Positions 9,716-18,516 of a DNA stretch of 52,515 nt are shown here, in pieces. The stretch is from Candidatus Wolframiiraptor sinensis (GTDB lineage Archaea; Thermoproteota; Nitrososphaeria_A; Caldarchaeales; Wolframiiraptoraceae). Each line of letters begins with the position of its first letter. The stretch's first letter is position 1. The notes beneath the pieces are model-generated. The model saw only the letters and a program-made list of their open reading frames with translations, was not told the DNA's origin and ran no database searches. The DNA lies in NCBI GenBank assembly GCA_023261815.1, contig JALNKA010000005.1:1-52515 (forward strand). Reading direction: 5' to 3'. Position numbers and translations under genes: made by a program.

Positions 9716-9772
9716 GGGCTCGGCGGTATTCCCGCTCATCATCGGATCAGTAGGCGGCTAACCTCATAGCCC
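9716..9772 (-). ncRNA. Box C/D sRNA 2
   Basis: Minus strand: GGGCT-ATGAGGT(C, degenerate)-tagccgccta-CTGA(D')-tccg-ATGATGA(C')-gcgggaataccg-CCGA(D)-GCCC, with a terminal GGGC/GCCC stem. Confidence 0.78.
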
Positions 9773-9791
9773 GCATAACGAATATGCGCGC

Positions 9792-10325
9792 CTACTTTAG
9801 ATCCTTTCTCCTCTGGTATTGATATTCTTCTCTCGCTTTCTCCTCGAGCAGCTCCAGAAGGCCCTCCCTATCGAGCATTACGAGAAGCTCATCATATGTC
9901 GCATCTATCTCCTTTATGCATGTATCGGGGAAGTTCAGGTCCACGGATATCCTGTGCTTCCAGTAGTATCCTCCCTCGGGAAGATTGAGCCTCGTGAAGA
10001 CGCCGATGAGCCTCGGAGGGAGCTGGAGGTTCTTGACATTAAGCAGGTACTCGACAAAGCATATTCTGTAGGCCTTCTCGTATAGGTCGCCGTAGAAGGT
10101 GTTGAAGTAGACGTGAAGTGGATGATCCTTAGCATATGTCTCCCAGCTCGTGAACTGCGTGTATATGGGTCTCCACCCGCCATCCTTCAAGACCATGTCC
10201 TCGAGGCTTATCGGCCTCTTCCATGCTGCCACCATGTAGCCCTTCTCCTCCAAGCCGGGAATAATGTAACCTCGAATTATGCCCTGCCTAATCAGCTCCA
10301 GCCTCTCCCTAAGCCCCAGGGTCAT
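9792..10325 (-). CDS. Hypothetical protein, aromatic-rich
   Basis: 177-aa ORF with host-like codon usage and an upstream TTTATA. No motif recognised. Confidence 0.75.
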   Translation of the reverse strand: MTLGLRERLELIRQGIIRGYIIPGLEEKGYMVAAWKRPISLEDMVLKDGGWRPIYTQFTSWETYAKDHPLHVYFNTFYGDLYEKAYRICFVEYLLNVKNLQLPPRLIGVFTRLNLPEGGYYWKHRISVDLNFPDTCIKEIDATYDELLVMLDREGLLELLEEKAREEYQYQRRKDLK

Positions 10326-10406
10326 GAAGCAGCCACGCTACCCGCTCCCCTAACCCGATTTCCCGGCATATAAACCAGATAAAAACGTTTTAGCTAATCC
10401 ACAGCA

Positions 10407-11084
10407 TCAGGAGATAACGCTGAGAATAGCCTCCTCGAGAGCTTCTCTTGACGTCTCCCCGATGATCCTTTTCACCTCAACATGATCATCATCCAAGATC
10501 ACGTACGTCGGCGTTCCGGTGACGCCGTAAGCGTCGAAAGCGGCCCCCTTCTCATCAACGACGTGAAGCCAGTCGAGCCCCTCCTTTGCCAATACCTTAC
10601 TGGCATAGTCTATCCCCCCGGAGGGATAAACGATCGAGATGAAGATGATTTTATCGCCGTACTTCTCCTCGAGCTCCTTCACTATCGGCGCCATCCTGAG
10701 GCAGTGAGGGCACGTCGGCGACATGAATTCCAGGAATACCGGCTTACCCGCGAAACTGGATAGCTTAATAATCCTCCCGGTTAGGCCGAGCTCATCTATC
10801 TCCGGAAGCTCGAAGTAGGGTGCCGGCCTCCTGGACGATTGAGTCTGAGCTGTATGGGTCGGCAGCGTCGGGGGAGTAACGGTTAGAGTGGTCTGGGATG
10901 TAATTGTCGCAGTCATTCCTCCTGGAGGCAGGATCATGAGAAGAGCGGCTATCAGCATTATGAGCGCTATCACTGGCGCCAGCCTAACGCCATAGTAATA
11001 TCCCTTATGATTCTCCTTCAGATGAGTTTTCAAGGCGATATCCGTGGGAAAATTCCTGCCACAGATTCTGCATCTCTTAGCCAT
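10407..11084 (-). CDS. TlpA/ResA-like thioredoxin-fold protein with N-terminal C2H2 zinc finger and TM helix
   Basis: CRIC-x12-H-x4-H, TM helix, Thr-rich linker, GKPVFLEFMSPTCPHC, GVTGTPT. Confidence 0.85.
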   Translation of the reverse strand: MAKRCRICGRNFPTDIALKTHLKENHKGYYYGVRLAPVIALIMLIAALLMILPPGGMTATITSQTTLTVTPPTLPTHTAQTQSSRRPAPYFELPEIDELGLTGRIIKLSSFAGKPVFLEFMSPTCPHCLRMAPIVKELEEKYGDKIIFISIVYPSGGIDYASKVLAKEGLDWLHVVDEKGAAFDAYGVTGTPTYVILDDDHVEVKRIIGETSREALEEAILSVIS

Positions 11085-11162
11085 TAGTTATCAGCACTTC
11101 CGGCAGTCCTCATCCATATAAAACTTGCTGACCATACCTGAACCATGAGCTGAGGCGGAGAT

Positions 11163-11660
11163 TTAGCGGGGTTCGTAGCCAGCCTCTAGGATCTTTCTGG
11201 CCGCTATCTCGGCGGCCTTAGACATCACCTCGGCACACCTATTCCAGGCGCCGGATCTTATGAACTCCTCAACATCCCTGGGATCCCTCAGGTCATAGAC
11301 TCTCCCGAAAAGCCTTTCATGTATGCTCCTGCAAAGGGTCGTCCCGAAGGCCCCCTCGAACTCGTCATAAACCTTCTCAGCCACCTCCATGGCCTTTCGA
11401 TAATCTTCGGAGACATCAGTCCGCTCCAGCCTTCTCCGGCCGAAGACCAGGCCGACGAATAACAGGGCTCCTAGGAGAGAGCCGCATGTCTGGCCAGATC
11501 TAGCGATCCCCCCGGAGAGAGGGGATGCGGCCCTGAACACCTCGACATCAACCAGCCCAAAGCACTCCTGAAGAGCCTTCAAAGTCATCTGAGCGCAGCC
11601 ATGAAACTCCTCGCCGAGAATCCTGGCAAGCCTAGCAGCCCTCGCCGGCAGATCCTCCAT
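11163..11660 (-). CDS. C_GCAxxG_C_C family putative redox protein
   Basis: GCAQ, SGGIARSGQTCGSLLG, FGTTLCR and C-terminal Cys. Confidence 0.88.
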   Translation of the reverse strand: MEDLPARAARLARILGEEFHGCAQMTLKALQECFGLVDVEVFRAASPLSGGIARSGQTCGSLLGALLFVGLVFGRRRLERTDVSEDYRKAMEVAEKVYDEFEGAFGTTLCRSIHERLFGRVYDLRDPRDVEEFIRSGAWNRCAEVMSKAAEIAARKILEAGYEPR

Positions 11661-11851
11661 ACCCGACCTCCATTACGGATACGCGCCAACTCATAAGATT
11701 ATGCTGGCTCGGAGCGCGGGCGCAATTACCTGAGCCTCACTCGCAAAGCTCTCTACGAGATTGCTAGGGGAATGCTCAGCGGAATATCGCGGTTTTGCAG
11801 ATGAGCCGAGCTGCCATCACGCTTAAAGGGGCGGGGCTCCTACCATGGTTA

Positions 11852-12301
11852 ATGCTCGAGCTTCAGGCTAGAGGTGCTGCCGAGCCAGAGAAGACTCCTG
11901 AGGAGCGGAAGCCTTTGATTCGAAGGATAATGGAGGATGCGAGGGGCTGGATTGACTGCATGATAATGGTTGTGAACGGCACGAGGATAACCCTCACGGC
12001 GAATGATGAGCTCAACGCGAATAATGTCGCGGATGCGGCACACGTGATCGCCGACGCCACAATTGCGGTAATAGAGCTCCTCGGAGCGAGAAAATTCAAG
12101 GAGCTGGATCTCAGAATCCAGGGAGGCCGACACCTCATAATCAGGCGCTATAAGGGATGCCACATCGCAGCCCTAACGAAGCCTAATCCCAACATCGGCT
12201 TAATCAGATTAGCGCTTGACAAAAACCTCGCATCAGAAAAACCAGCCAGAAGAATGACAAGAATTGTCGAGGAAATGATTATGCGAGCTCGCGTGAAATA
12301 A
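11852..12301 (+). CDS. Roadblock/LC7 (MglB-like) domain protein
   Basis: Helix-beta pattern ending AALTKPNPNIGLIRLAL. ATG 11852 preferred because a TATA-like CTTAAAG lies at about 11822. Confidence 0.65.
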   Translation: MLELQARGAAEPEKTPEERKPLIRRIMEDARGWIDCMIMVVNGTRITLTANDELNANNVADAAHVIADATIAVIELLGARKFKELDLRIQGGRHLIIRRYKGCHIAALTKPNPNIGLIRLALDKNLASEKPARRMTRIVEEMIMRARVK

Positions 12302-12394
12302 CCTCTCGCACGTCTTCACGAAGCGAGAGACCTACAAAACTCATCGGTATAGGAGGATGAAAATCGTCCGCGAATTGCCGTTATGTGATTGGCG

Positions 12395-12494
12395 TGGGGG
12401 CGCCCGGATTTGAACCGGGGGTCTCCGGGTTTCTTCTGACCAGCGCGCCTGGATCTGGAGCCCGGCGCCGTAGACCTTGCTGGGCCACGCCCCC
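12395..12494 (-). tRNA. trnW: tRNA-Trp(CCA) with 24-nt intron at 37/38 (12431-12454); CCA tail not encoded
   Basis: Acceptor GGGGGCG/CGCCCCC+A, anticodon stem CCGGG/CCCGG, loop CTCCAG|intron|A, T arm CCCGG-TTCAAAT-CCGGG. Confidence 0.95.
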
Positions 12495-12564
12495 AGCTTC
12501 CGCATTTTTCCCAGCGAGCTTTCCGGTATTAAACTTTCATCCATTATTTCATGCCAGGGCGGGG

Positions 12565-13863
12565 CTAGCCTATGCTGATTAGGTCTTTCGAGTTGTTTGC
12601 GAGGATGTTTTCGCCGATTATGTTTCTCGATGAGTTTAGGAGTAGTATTCCGGAGTTCATGCTCTCCGAGATCAGGTTGTTGTTTATCACGTTGTCCTGC
12701 GAGTCTCGCAGGGCTATGCCGAAGAGATTTGATGCGAATATGTTGTCGGAGATCAGGTTGTTGTGCGATGAGGAGAGCAGCAGCCCGATGGAGTTGGATG
12801 TGAGCACGCTTCCTAATATCTTGTTGCCGTTTGACATGTGAGCGTATATGGCGATCTCGTTTCCCGTCAGCACGCTGTCAATTATCCGGCTGTTATTCGT
12901 CTTCCAGAGCTCTATCCCGACACCGATGCCGGATGCGTTGATGCTCCTGAGAGTTATGTTCTCGCAGTTTATGAGTATGACCTGCCCCGCTCTCTCGACA
13001 ACCTCTCCGGAAGCCATCTCCAAGTATATTATCGGCTCACCATTCACTTCGTTTCCGGAGACGATGTTGGCATAAGAGTTAGAGAAGAATACGCCCTTGC
13101 CTGTGAACGCGTTATTCATGATCGTGTTATGTGATGAGTCTAGAATTAGCATTCCGCCGCCCCTGATGAGGTTTTCGGAGATCTCATTTTCATCAGACCC
13201 GCCGTAGAGGTAGATGCCATTAACTCCGCCCATGATCGTGTTTCGGAGGATCTTATTCGCTTTTGATGATGTTAGGTGTATTCCGAAGTGCGGGTTATCG
13301 GTCAAAGTGTTCTCGAGTATTGTTACGCTGTTGCTTCCGGTCAGGTATATTCCTTCCCGGTTACTGTAAATCGCGTTCTCGGCGATTAATATGCTGGAGG
13401 ACGTGTGAACGTATATCGCCATCCTATTACCGGTGAAATGATTCCAGAGAACGAGGACGCGTGATGAGTTGTAGATTTGTAGGCCTGCTCCCCTGCCCTC
13501 CACGCCGATCGCCGCGCCGCCTCCGGTTATTGTGAAGCCCGCGATGACCACCTTTCTTCCTCCCTTGACTAGTATCGTGTAATCGCCAGCCCCGCCATCG
13601 AGCAGAGTCCTCCCAGAACCCTCGCCGATCAGGATTAGGGGCTTATCTATCACCAGGTTTTCCCGGTATATGCCAGCCCTGACGAATATTATATCGCCTT
13701 CGAGGGCTTCATTTATCGCATCTTGAATGCTCCTGTAGTCGCGTGGGACGATCCTCAGCCTCGGGTAAAATGCTGTGTTGATGAGCGCGAGCAGGCTGCA
13801 GATGATAATAGTTGATAAAAGCGCTATGATTATTGCGATGTTTTTCCAGCTTTTAGAGGACAA
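12565..13863 (-). CDS. Membrane-anchored right-handed beta-helix (NosD/CASH-like) protein
   Basis: N-terminal TM, VPRDYRSIQDAINEAxxGDxIxVxxGxYxE, many GIxLxxSxxNxIxxN repeats. Confidence 0.88.
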   Translation of the reverse strand: MSSKSWKNIAIIIALLSTIIICSLLALINTAFYPRLRIVPRDYRSIQDAINEALEGDIIFVRAGIYRENLVIDKPLILIGEGSGRTLLDGGAGDYTILVKGGRKVVIAGFTITGGGAAIGVEGRGAGLQIYNSSRVLVLWNHFTGNRMAIYVHTSSSILIAENAIYSNREGIYLTGSNSVTILENTLTDNPHFGIHLTSSKANKILRNTIMGGVNGIYLYGGSDENEISENLIRGGGMLILDSSHNTIMNNAFTGKGVFFSNSYANIVSGNEVNGEPIIYLEMASGEVVERAGQVILINCENITLRSINASGIGVGIELWKTNNSRIIDSVLTGNEIAIYAHMSNGNKILGSVLTSNSIGLLLSSSHNNLISDNIFASNLFGIALRDSQDNVINNNLISESMNSGILLLNSSRNIIGENILANNSKDLISIG

Positions 13864-13986
13864 CTTTAAGCCGGGTGATAATGTGCATATCGCCGAATAT
13901 TAGTCTTTAGATCGGAGATTGCTGCTCAAGCAGGGGGCGGGAAAAGTTGATAAAGCATCCCTCGGTTGAGGGCTTGGAGAAATAGG

Positions 13987-14499
13987 ATGATTCTGACGGA
14001 TAGGGATATCAGGGAGTTCATGAGGCTCGGGAAGATAAGGTTCGAGCCCGCGATCTCCGAGGATCAGATCGGCCCCGGCTCCGTTGATCTGACTCTCTCG
14101 AGTAGGTTTTGGAGGCTTAGAGAAGGCTTGGAGGTTATAGATTTGTCGGAGATGAGATTCGAGGATGTAAATGAGGAGTTTATCGCGGATGAGGTGCTGA
14201 TCCCCCCGCATGGCCTGGTGATAGGCATGACTAGGGAGAAGGTGTATGTCGATGATGATGTCTGCGGCTGGATCGAGGGGAGAAGCAGGTATGCGAGGAT
14301 GGGGCTGGCTATACACTCCGCGAGCGGCTTCATCCATCCGGGCTCATACAATCATCAGGTGCTGGAGATCTCCAACCTGACGCCATACGCGATGAGGCTG
14401 AGAGCGGGTATGAGGATTGTTCAAGTGGTCTTCCAGCTCGCAAGAAGCAGAAGCGAGAAGCCGTATAGAAAGTATGGAGTCTTGGCTAGAGATCAATAG
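13987..14499 (+). CDS. dcd: dCTP deaminase
   Basis: MILTDRDI, IGPGSVDLTL, GRSRYARMGL, IHPG, LEISN, YGVLARDQ. Confidence 0.92.
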   Translation: MILTDRDIREFMRLGKIRFEPAISEDQIGPGSVDLTLSSRFWRLREGLEVIDLSEMRFEDVNEEFIADEVLIPPHGLVIGMTREKVYVDDDVCGWIEGRSRYARMGLAIHSASGFIHPGSYNHQVLEISNLTPYAMRLRAGMRIVQVVFQLARSRSEKPYRKYGVLARDQ

Positions 14500-14502
14500 G
14501 AG

Positions 14503-14967
14503 GTGTGCTCGAGTGTGCCCAGGATAGAGAAGTTAATCATACAGGTTTTATGCCACGCAACAGAGGATCGCGAAAAGGTTCTCAGGGCTGTTGGAAACGT
14601 GCTCAGCGGCGCCGCGGATAAGATCTCGGTGAGCTCCGAGACCCTGAAGGGATATTACGGCGACCCCGTTACGATAATGAGGATCTATCTTCTCGACGAG
14701 AATGCTTGCGAGGAGGTTTTCCTTAGGATTCTCTCGAGCTTGTCGGGGCTCGAGCGCGAGGAGCTTTGGAGCGAGAGGGCTAAGAAGGGCAAGCATGGCG
14801 GCAAGCTGTATATCAGGCTGGATAAGCAGGAGGCATTCCTCGGAAGGATAAGGCAGTCAGATAAAGATCCCATAAGGATCGTGGTCGAGGTTCGGGGCAG
14901 CATGGATGCCTTGAGGAAAAGGCTCGAGGAGAGGCTGCGGGAGATCGAGGCGAGGAGCTCACAATGA
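14503..14967 (+). CDS. Exosome-associated RNA-binding protein (COG1325 type)
   Basis: HATEDREKV, GYYGDP, LYIRLDKQEA. Confidence 0.88.
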   Translation: MCSSVPRIEKLIIQVLCHATEDREKVLRAVGNVLSGAADKISVSSETLKGYYGDPVTIMRIYLLDENACEEVFLRILSSLSGLEREELWSERAKKGKHGGKLYIRLDKQEAFLGRIRQSDKDPIRIVVEVRGSMDALRKRLEERLREIEARSSQ

Positions 14968-15677
14968 GGAGATACGTGGATTTCTGGGTCATAGGTGAGG
15001 AGCGCGAGAGGGCGGTGGAGCTTCTGAGGGCTCTGGCGAGGCTGGGCTACTCGGATGCCGTGATGGAGCTTAAGGGGGATCTCGCGTGGTCATTCGAGGA
15101 GCTGAGGGATGCTGCCGCCGAGGCCGGGGTAAGGCTGCACCGCAAGCTCGTGCTCAAGCCCAATAGCAGGAAAGAGCTCCTTCAAGAGCTCAGGAGAAGT
15201 AGGGGCAAGTTCGAGGTGATAACGGTCGTCTGCGAGAGTCTCGAGGTGGCACTGGTCGCCGCGAGAGACTCGAGGGTGGACAGCCTCATAATACCGCCGA
15301 AAAGCGGCTTCAGAATCGACAAGGGGGTGGCATCAACCATAAGGAACTGCGTCGAGCTCCCATTCAGCTGGTATCTGGCCAATAGGCAATTATTCCTTGA
15401 AGCTGCCCTGAGGGTAATCCAGATCCTGGGGAGGAGGGTTGGAGTAATAGTGTCCTCGGCATCCTCGAGCGCGTTACTGCTTAGGGGGCCTATTGAGCTC
15501 GCCTCGCTTCCATGGGTCCTAGGATACCCGCAAGAGAGGGCCCTCGACACGGTCTCGAAAACTCCATCTCAGATAATCGAGAGAAATCTCCTGAAGTTGT
15601 CAAGCAACTATGTTTGCCGGGGAGTGGTGAAGATTGGCGAGGAGGATGAAGAAGAGGTACCTGCTGATATTCTCTGA
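14964..15677 (+). CDS. rnp3: RNase P subunit Rpp30
   Basis: AARDSRVD, IVSSASS...LRGP; lies between COG1325 and Pop5. Confidence 0.85.
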   Translation: MRRYVDFWVIGEERERAVELLRALARLGYSDAVMELKGDLAWSFEELRDAAAEAGVRLHRKLVLKPNSRKELLQELRRSRGKFEVITVVCESLEVALVAARDSRVDSLIIPPKSGFRIDKGVASTIRNCVELPFSWYLANRQLFLEAALRVIQILGRRVGVIVSSASSSALLLRGPIELASLPWVLGYPQERALDTVSKTPSQIIERNLLKLSSNYVCRGVVKIGEEDEEEVPADIL

Positions 15678-15963
15678 GCCTATCCATAATCCGGAGAAGG
15701 TGGCCGAGGCGATTAGATCTAGCTACAGGATCCTCTTCGGCGAGCTGGGGCTCGCATCATCGGGGCTCAAGCTAATCAGGGGATATGAGGATGGCGTGGC
15801 GATTCTCAGGTGCGCGCTGGACTCCCTGCCGAGAGCGATCCTGGCGGCCGCAACGGTGACCGAGATCGATGGATCTGGGGCTGCTATAAGGGTGATGGCC
15901 GTGAGCGGGACCATAAGGGGGGTTATGCGAAAGCTGCCCCGCCTAAGATCGGGCTACACCTGA
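15634..15963 (+). CDS. rnp2: RNase P subunit Pop5
   Basis: KKRYLL, LFGELG, ILRC, VSGTIRG. Confidence 0.88.
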   Translation: MARRMKKRYLLIFSEPIHNPEKVAEAIRSSYRILFGELGLASSGLKLIRGYEDGVAILRCALDSLPRAILAAATVTEIDGSGAAIRVMAVSGTIRGVMRKLPRLRSGYT

Positions 15964-16853
15964 GATCTCCCGCAGCTCGGGCAGAAGATCCTGCCGCCCA
16001 GCGGCTTTCCGCAGAACCTGCACCTATCTTCCGGAACTTCTTCCTCGCCTTTCTCGAGCTTTTCCTTCCGCTTCTCATATCTTCTCGCGAAGAGCATTCC
16101 GCCCTCGAAAAGCACGATGAATACCGCGAGCAGGATCAGGTTCGCGAACATCCCTCCATCCGGGGTTATTATCGCCGCGACGATATACATGCCCCCATAG
16201 ATCCATTTCCTGTATTTTCCGATGGATTTCGTGCTTAGCAGCCCCACGCGAACTAGGAGGTTGAGTATGACCGGCGTGGTGAATACTGCTCCGGTCGCGA
16301 GCGTGACGACGAGGATTGTGGTGTAGAAGTCCATTATCGTTATTATCGGCTCGGCTCCGACAAGCTCGAAGAAGATGAGCATAGCTCTGAAAGTGAATGG
16401 CGTGATTACGTATAGACCGAAGAGCAGGCCGGCCAGGAATAGGCCGAGAAACGCGGACAAGAAGGGGTAGATCATCCTACGCTCATGCGGGTAAAGCGCC
16501 GGATCAACGTACTTGAATATCTCGTATCCTATGACTGGGCTGCTGAATGCGAGGCCGAAAACGAGCGATGCTATGAAGTATATCTCGAGTGGGGCGGTGA
16601 TCGTCTGCCCTATCAACATCATCTCCGCGGGCTTCACGGCATTTCTCAGTAGCTCTAGGATCACGGAGATCATGGGCTTATAGTATCCCTCGAGGAGCTC
16701 TTGGGGCGAGTATATCTGCGACGGGAATACGAGCATGATCATCGTCATGACGCCGATCGTTATCAGGCAGACCTTGAGCCTATCCCTGAGCTCCATCAAG
16801 TGCTCGAGCAAAGTCATCTCCTTCATGTTTCTGGGCTTCTCCGAAGTCTTCAA
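15954..16853 (-). CDS. tatC: Twin-arginine translocase TatC with C-terminal zinc ribbon
   Basis: MTLLEHLMELRDRL, PALYPHE, AAIITPD; tail CRFC...CPSC. Confidence 0.93.
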   Translation of the reverse strand: MKTSEKPRNMKEMTLLEHLMELRDRLKVCLITIGVMTMIMLVFPSQIYSPQELLEGYYKPMISVILELLRNAVKPAEMMLIGQTITAPLEIYFIASLVFGLAFSSPVIGYEIFKYVDPALYPHERRMIYPFLSAFLGLFLAGLLFGLYVITPFTFRAMLIFFELVGAEPIITIMDFYTTILVVTLATGAVFTTPVILNLLVRVGLLSTKSIGKYRKWIYGGMYIVAAIITPDGGMFANLILLAVFIVLFEGGMLFARRYEKRKEKLEKGEEEVPEDRCRFCGKPLGGRIFCPSCGRSQV

Positions 16854-16993
16854 TCTCCCCGCCTCCGAGAACCCTAATGCAAGGAATGAGATCTTACCTA
16901 AAAATCCCTATCTTCGGTACCCTTCATGTGAAAAAGAAACAGCTCTTAGTTTAAGAAATGATGCGAGCATCACGTTATTAAAAGGCTTCAGAG

Positions 16994-17302
16994 CTACTTT
17001 TTCTTCGTGACCCTAAGTATCTCCTCTGCTATTTGCTCCCTGGTCTTGCCCTCTGTGCTTATGCCGAGCTCCCTGGCTATCTTCAGAAGTTCATCACCGG
17101 CTTCGGAGACTGTCTCGGTGAATGGCCGAACGGCCTCGCGCACTTCCTCCTTCATTTCCTCAGCTTCTTTAGCCGCTTTCTTGAACTCCTTTTTCGCCTC
17201 TCCGAGTGCTCTAGCCATTTTCGGCAGCTGGGACGGCCCCCAGAGCAGGAGAACGATTATGATCACGGCCACAATAACCCACTCAAGACCTGTGAGCGCC
17301 AT
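16994..17302 (-). CDS. tatA: Twin-arginine translocase TatA
   Basis: MALTGLEW, TM, LLWGPSQLPKMARALGEAKKEFKKA. Real start is ATG 17302, not the longer track ORF. Confidence 0.92.
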   Translation of the reverse strand: MALTGLEWVIVAVIIIVLLLWGPSQLPKMARALGEAKKEFKKAAKEAEEMKEEVREAVRPFTETVSEAGDELLKIARELGISTEGKTREQIAEEILRVTKKK

Positions 17303-17468
17303 TCTTCTCGAATATCTTAGACTTGGGCTCAAATATAAGTATTCAACAGCACGGAGAAAAGCGCTATAAAAAGGAAAAGGAAAACTGCGAAAATTTTTCT
17401 CCGCGAAGCCATGGGAGGATTGTTTAATCCTTATAATGTGCGGCTCTTTTGAGGATTTTGGAGCGGGC

Positions 17469-17927
17469 GTGAGCGGATCCGCTGGAGAGTTCAGGCCGAT
17501 CGTCAGGTTTCTCGGAACGGATCTAGATGGCTCCCTCAAGATCCCCTATGCTCTCGCGGCGGTGAAAGGTATCGGCGTACCCCTTGGATACGCTATCGCT
17601 AGGGCTGCTGGAGTTGATGCCGAGAAGAGGCTCGGCTTCCTTGGCGACGAGGAGCTTAAGAGGCTCGAGGAGGTCGCCAAGAATCCGCTGGGCCACGGCA
17701 TCCCGGCCTGGATGCTTAATCGGAGAAAGGATCCAGCAACGGGAAAGGATCTGCAGCTCTACGGCTCGGACCTTGTCTACGCGATCAGGGAGGATATCCA
17801 GAGGGAGATGAGGATAAAGTCTTGGAGGGGCGTAAGGCACTCGCTCGGCCTCAAGGTTAGGGGTCAGCGGACGAGAACCACTGGCAGATTCGGAACGGCG
17901 GTCGGCGTCTCGAGGAGAAGGCAGTAA
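17469..17927 (+). CDS. rps13: 30S ribosomal protein S13
   Basis: IPAWMLNRRKD, SWRGVRHSLGLKVRGQRTRTTGR. GTG start assumed. Confidence 0.96.
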   Translation: MSGSAGEFRPIVRFLGTDLDGSLKIPYALAAVKGIGVPLGYAIARAAGVDAEKRLGFLGDEELKRLEEVAKNPLGHGIPAWMLNRRKDPATGKDLQLYGSDLVYAIREDIQREMRIKSWRGVRHSLGLKVRGQRTRTTGRFGTAVGVSRRRQ

Positions 17928-17958
17928 AAGTTATCCCCTACTTCTCAAAGATTCCTGG

Positions 17959-18516
17959 ATGGAGAGCATGCATCCTCGGCGCATTCTCAGGTATTTCGGC
18001 GTGCTCGCTCTCGCGATCGGCTGGCTAACAATAATCTTGTCTATAAGCGTCAATCCCTGGTTCTCTCTGGAGAGGAATGCTCTCAGCGATCTAGGCGCGG
18101 TTGGCAGGGAGAATGCGTGGATATTCAACTCAGGGCTGGTCGTTGCCGGCGTCGTCGCAGCGCTCTACTCCATCTACCTCCTCAAAGCAGCTCGCGATAA
18201 GCTCGAGACTCTTGCATCCGCGATATTCCTCATGTCCTCGATACACCTCATCCTGATCGGCTTATACCCGGAGGGAACATACCCGCATCTCTTTGCTTCA
18301 TACTGGTTCTTCCTGTCCGCGGGCTTCGCGGTCCTGCTCTTCGGCGCAGCGCTTCTGATCAAGCGAGACCTCTTCCTAGGAGCCTCATTCGTCCTAATAT
18401 CGGCTATAGGATTCGCCGGCGCGGCCCTCGTTCCATGGCCCTCGATAGGCTCCGTCGAGGTCTTCGCGATAATGCTGCTGAGCATCTGGGCTATTCTGAT
18501 GCTGAATCGCTTTTAG
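17959..18516 (+). CDS. DUF998 family membrane protein
   Basis: NPWFSLERNALSDLG, FNSGL, IGLYPE, multiple TMs. Confidence 0.85.
   Translation: MESMHPRRILRYFGVLALAIGWLTIILSISVNPWFSLERNALSDLGAVGRENAWIFNSGLVVAGVVAALYSIYLLKAARDKLETLASAIFLMSSIHLILIGLYPEGTYPHLFASYWFFLSAGFAVLLFGAALLIKRDLFLGASFVLISAIGFAGAALVPWPSIGSVEVFAIMLLSIWAILMLNRF

Noticed and set aside
11088-11116. ATGAGGA-12 nt-CTGA on the minus strand
   Set aside because: Only half a C/D motif. It lies between the TATA box and start codon of the thioredoxin gene.
9792-12394. Integrated island at the tRNA-Trp 3' end
   Set aside because: No duplicated tRNA 3' end and no recombinase seen.
16959-16972. Palindrome TGATGC-GA-GCATCA between tatA and tatC
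   Set aside because: Single occurrence with no D box. It could be a regulator site but has no further support.
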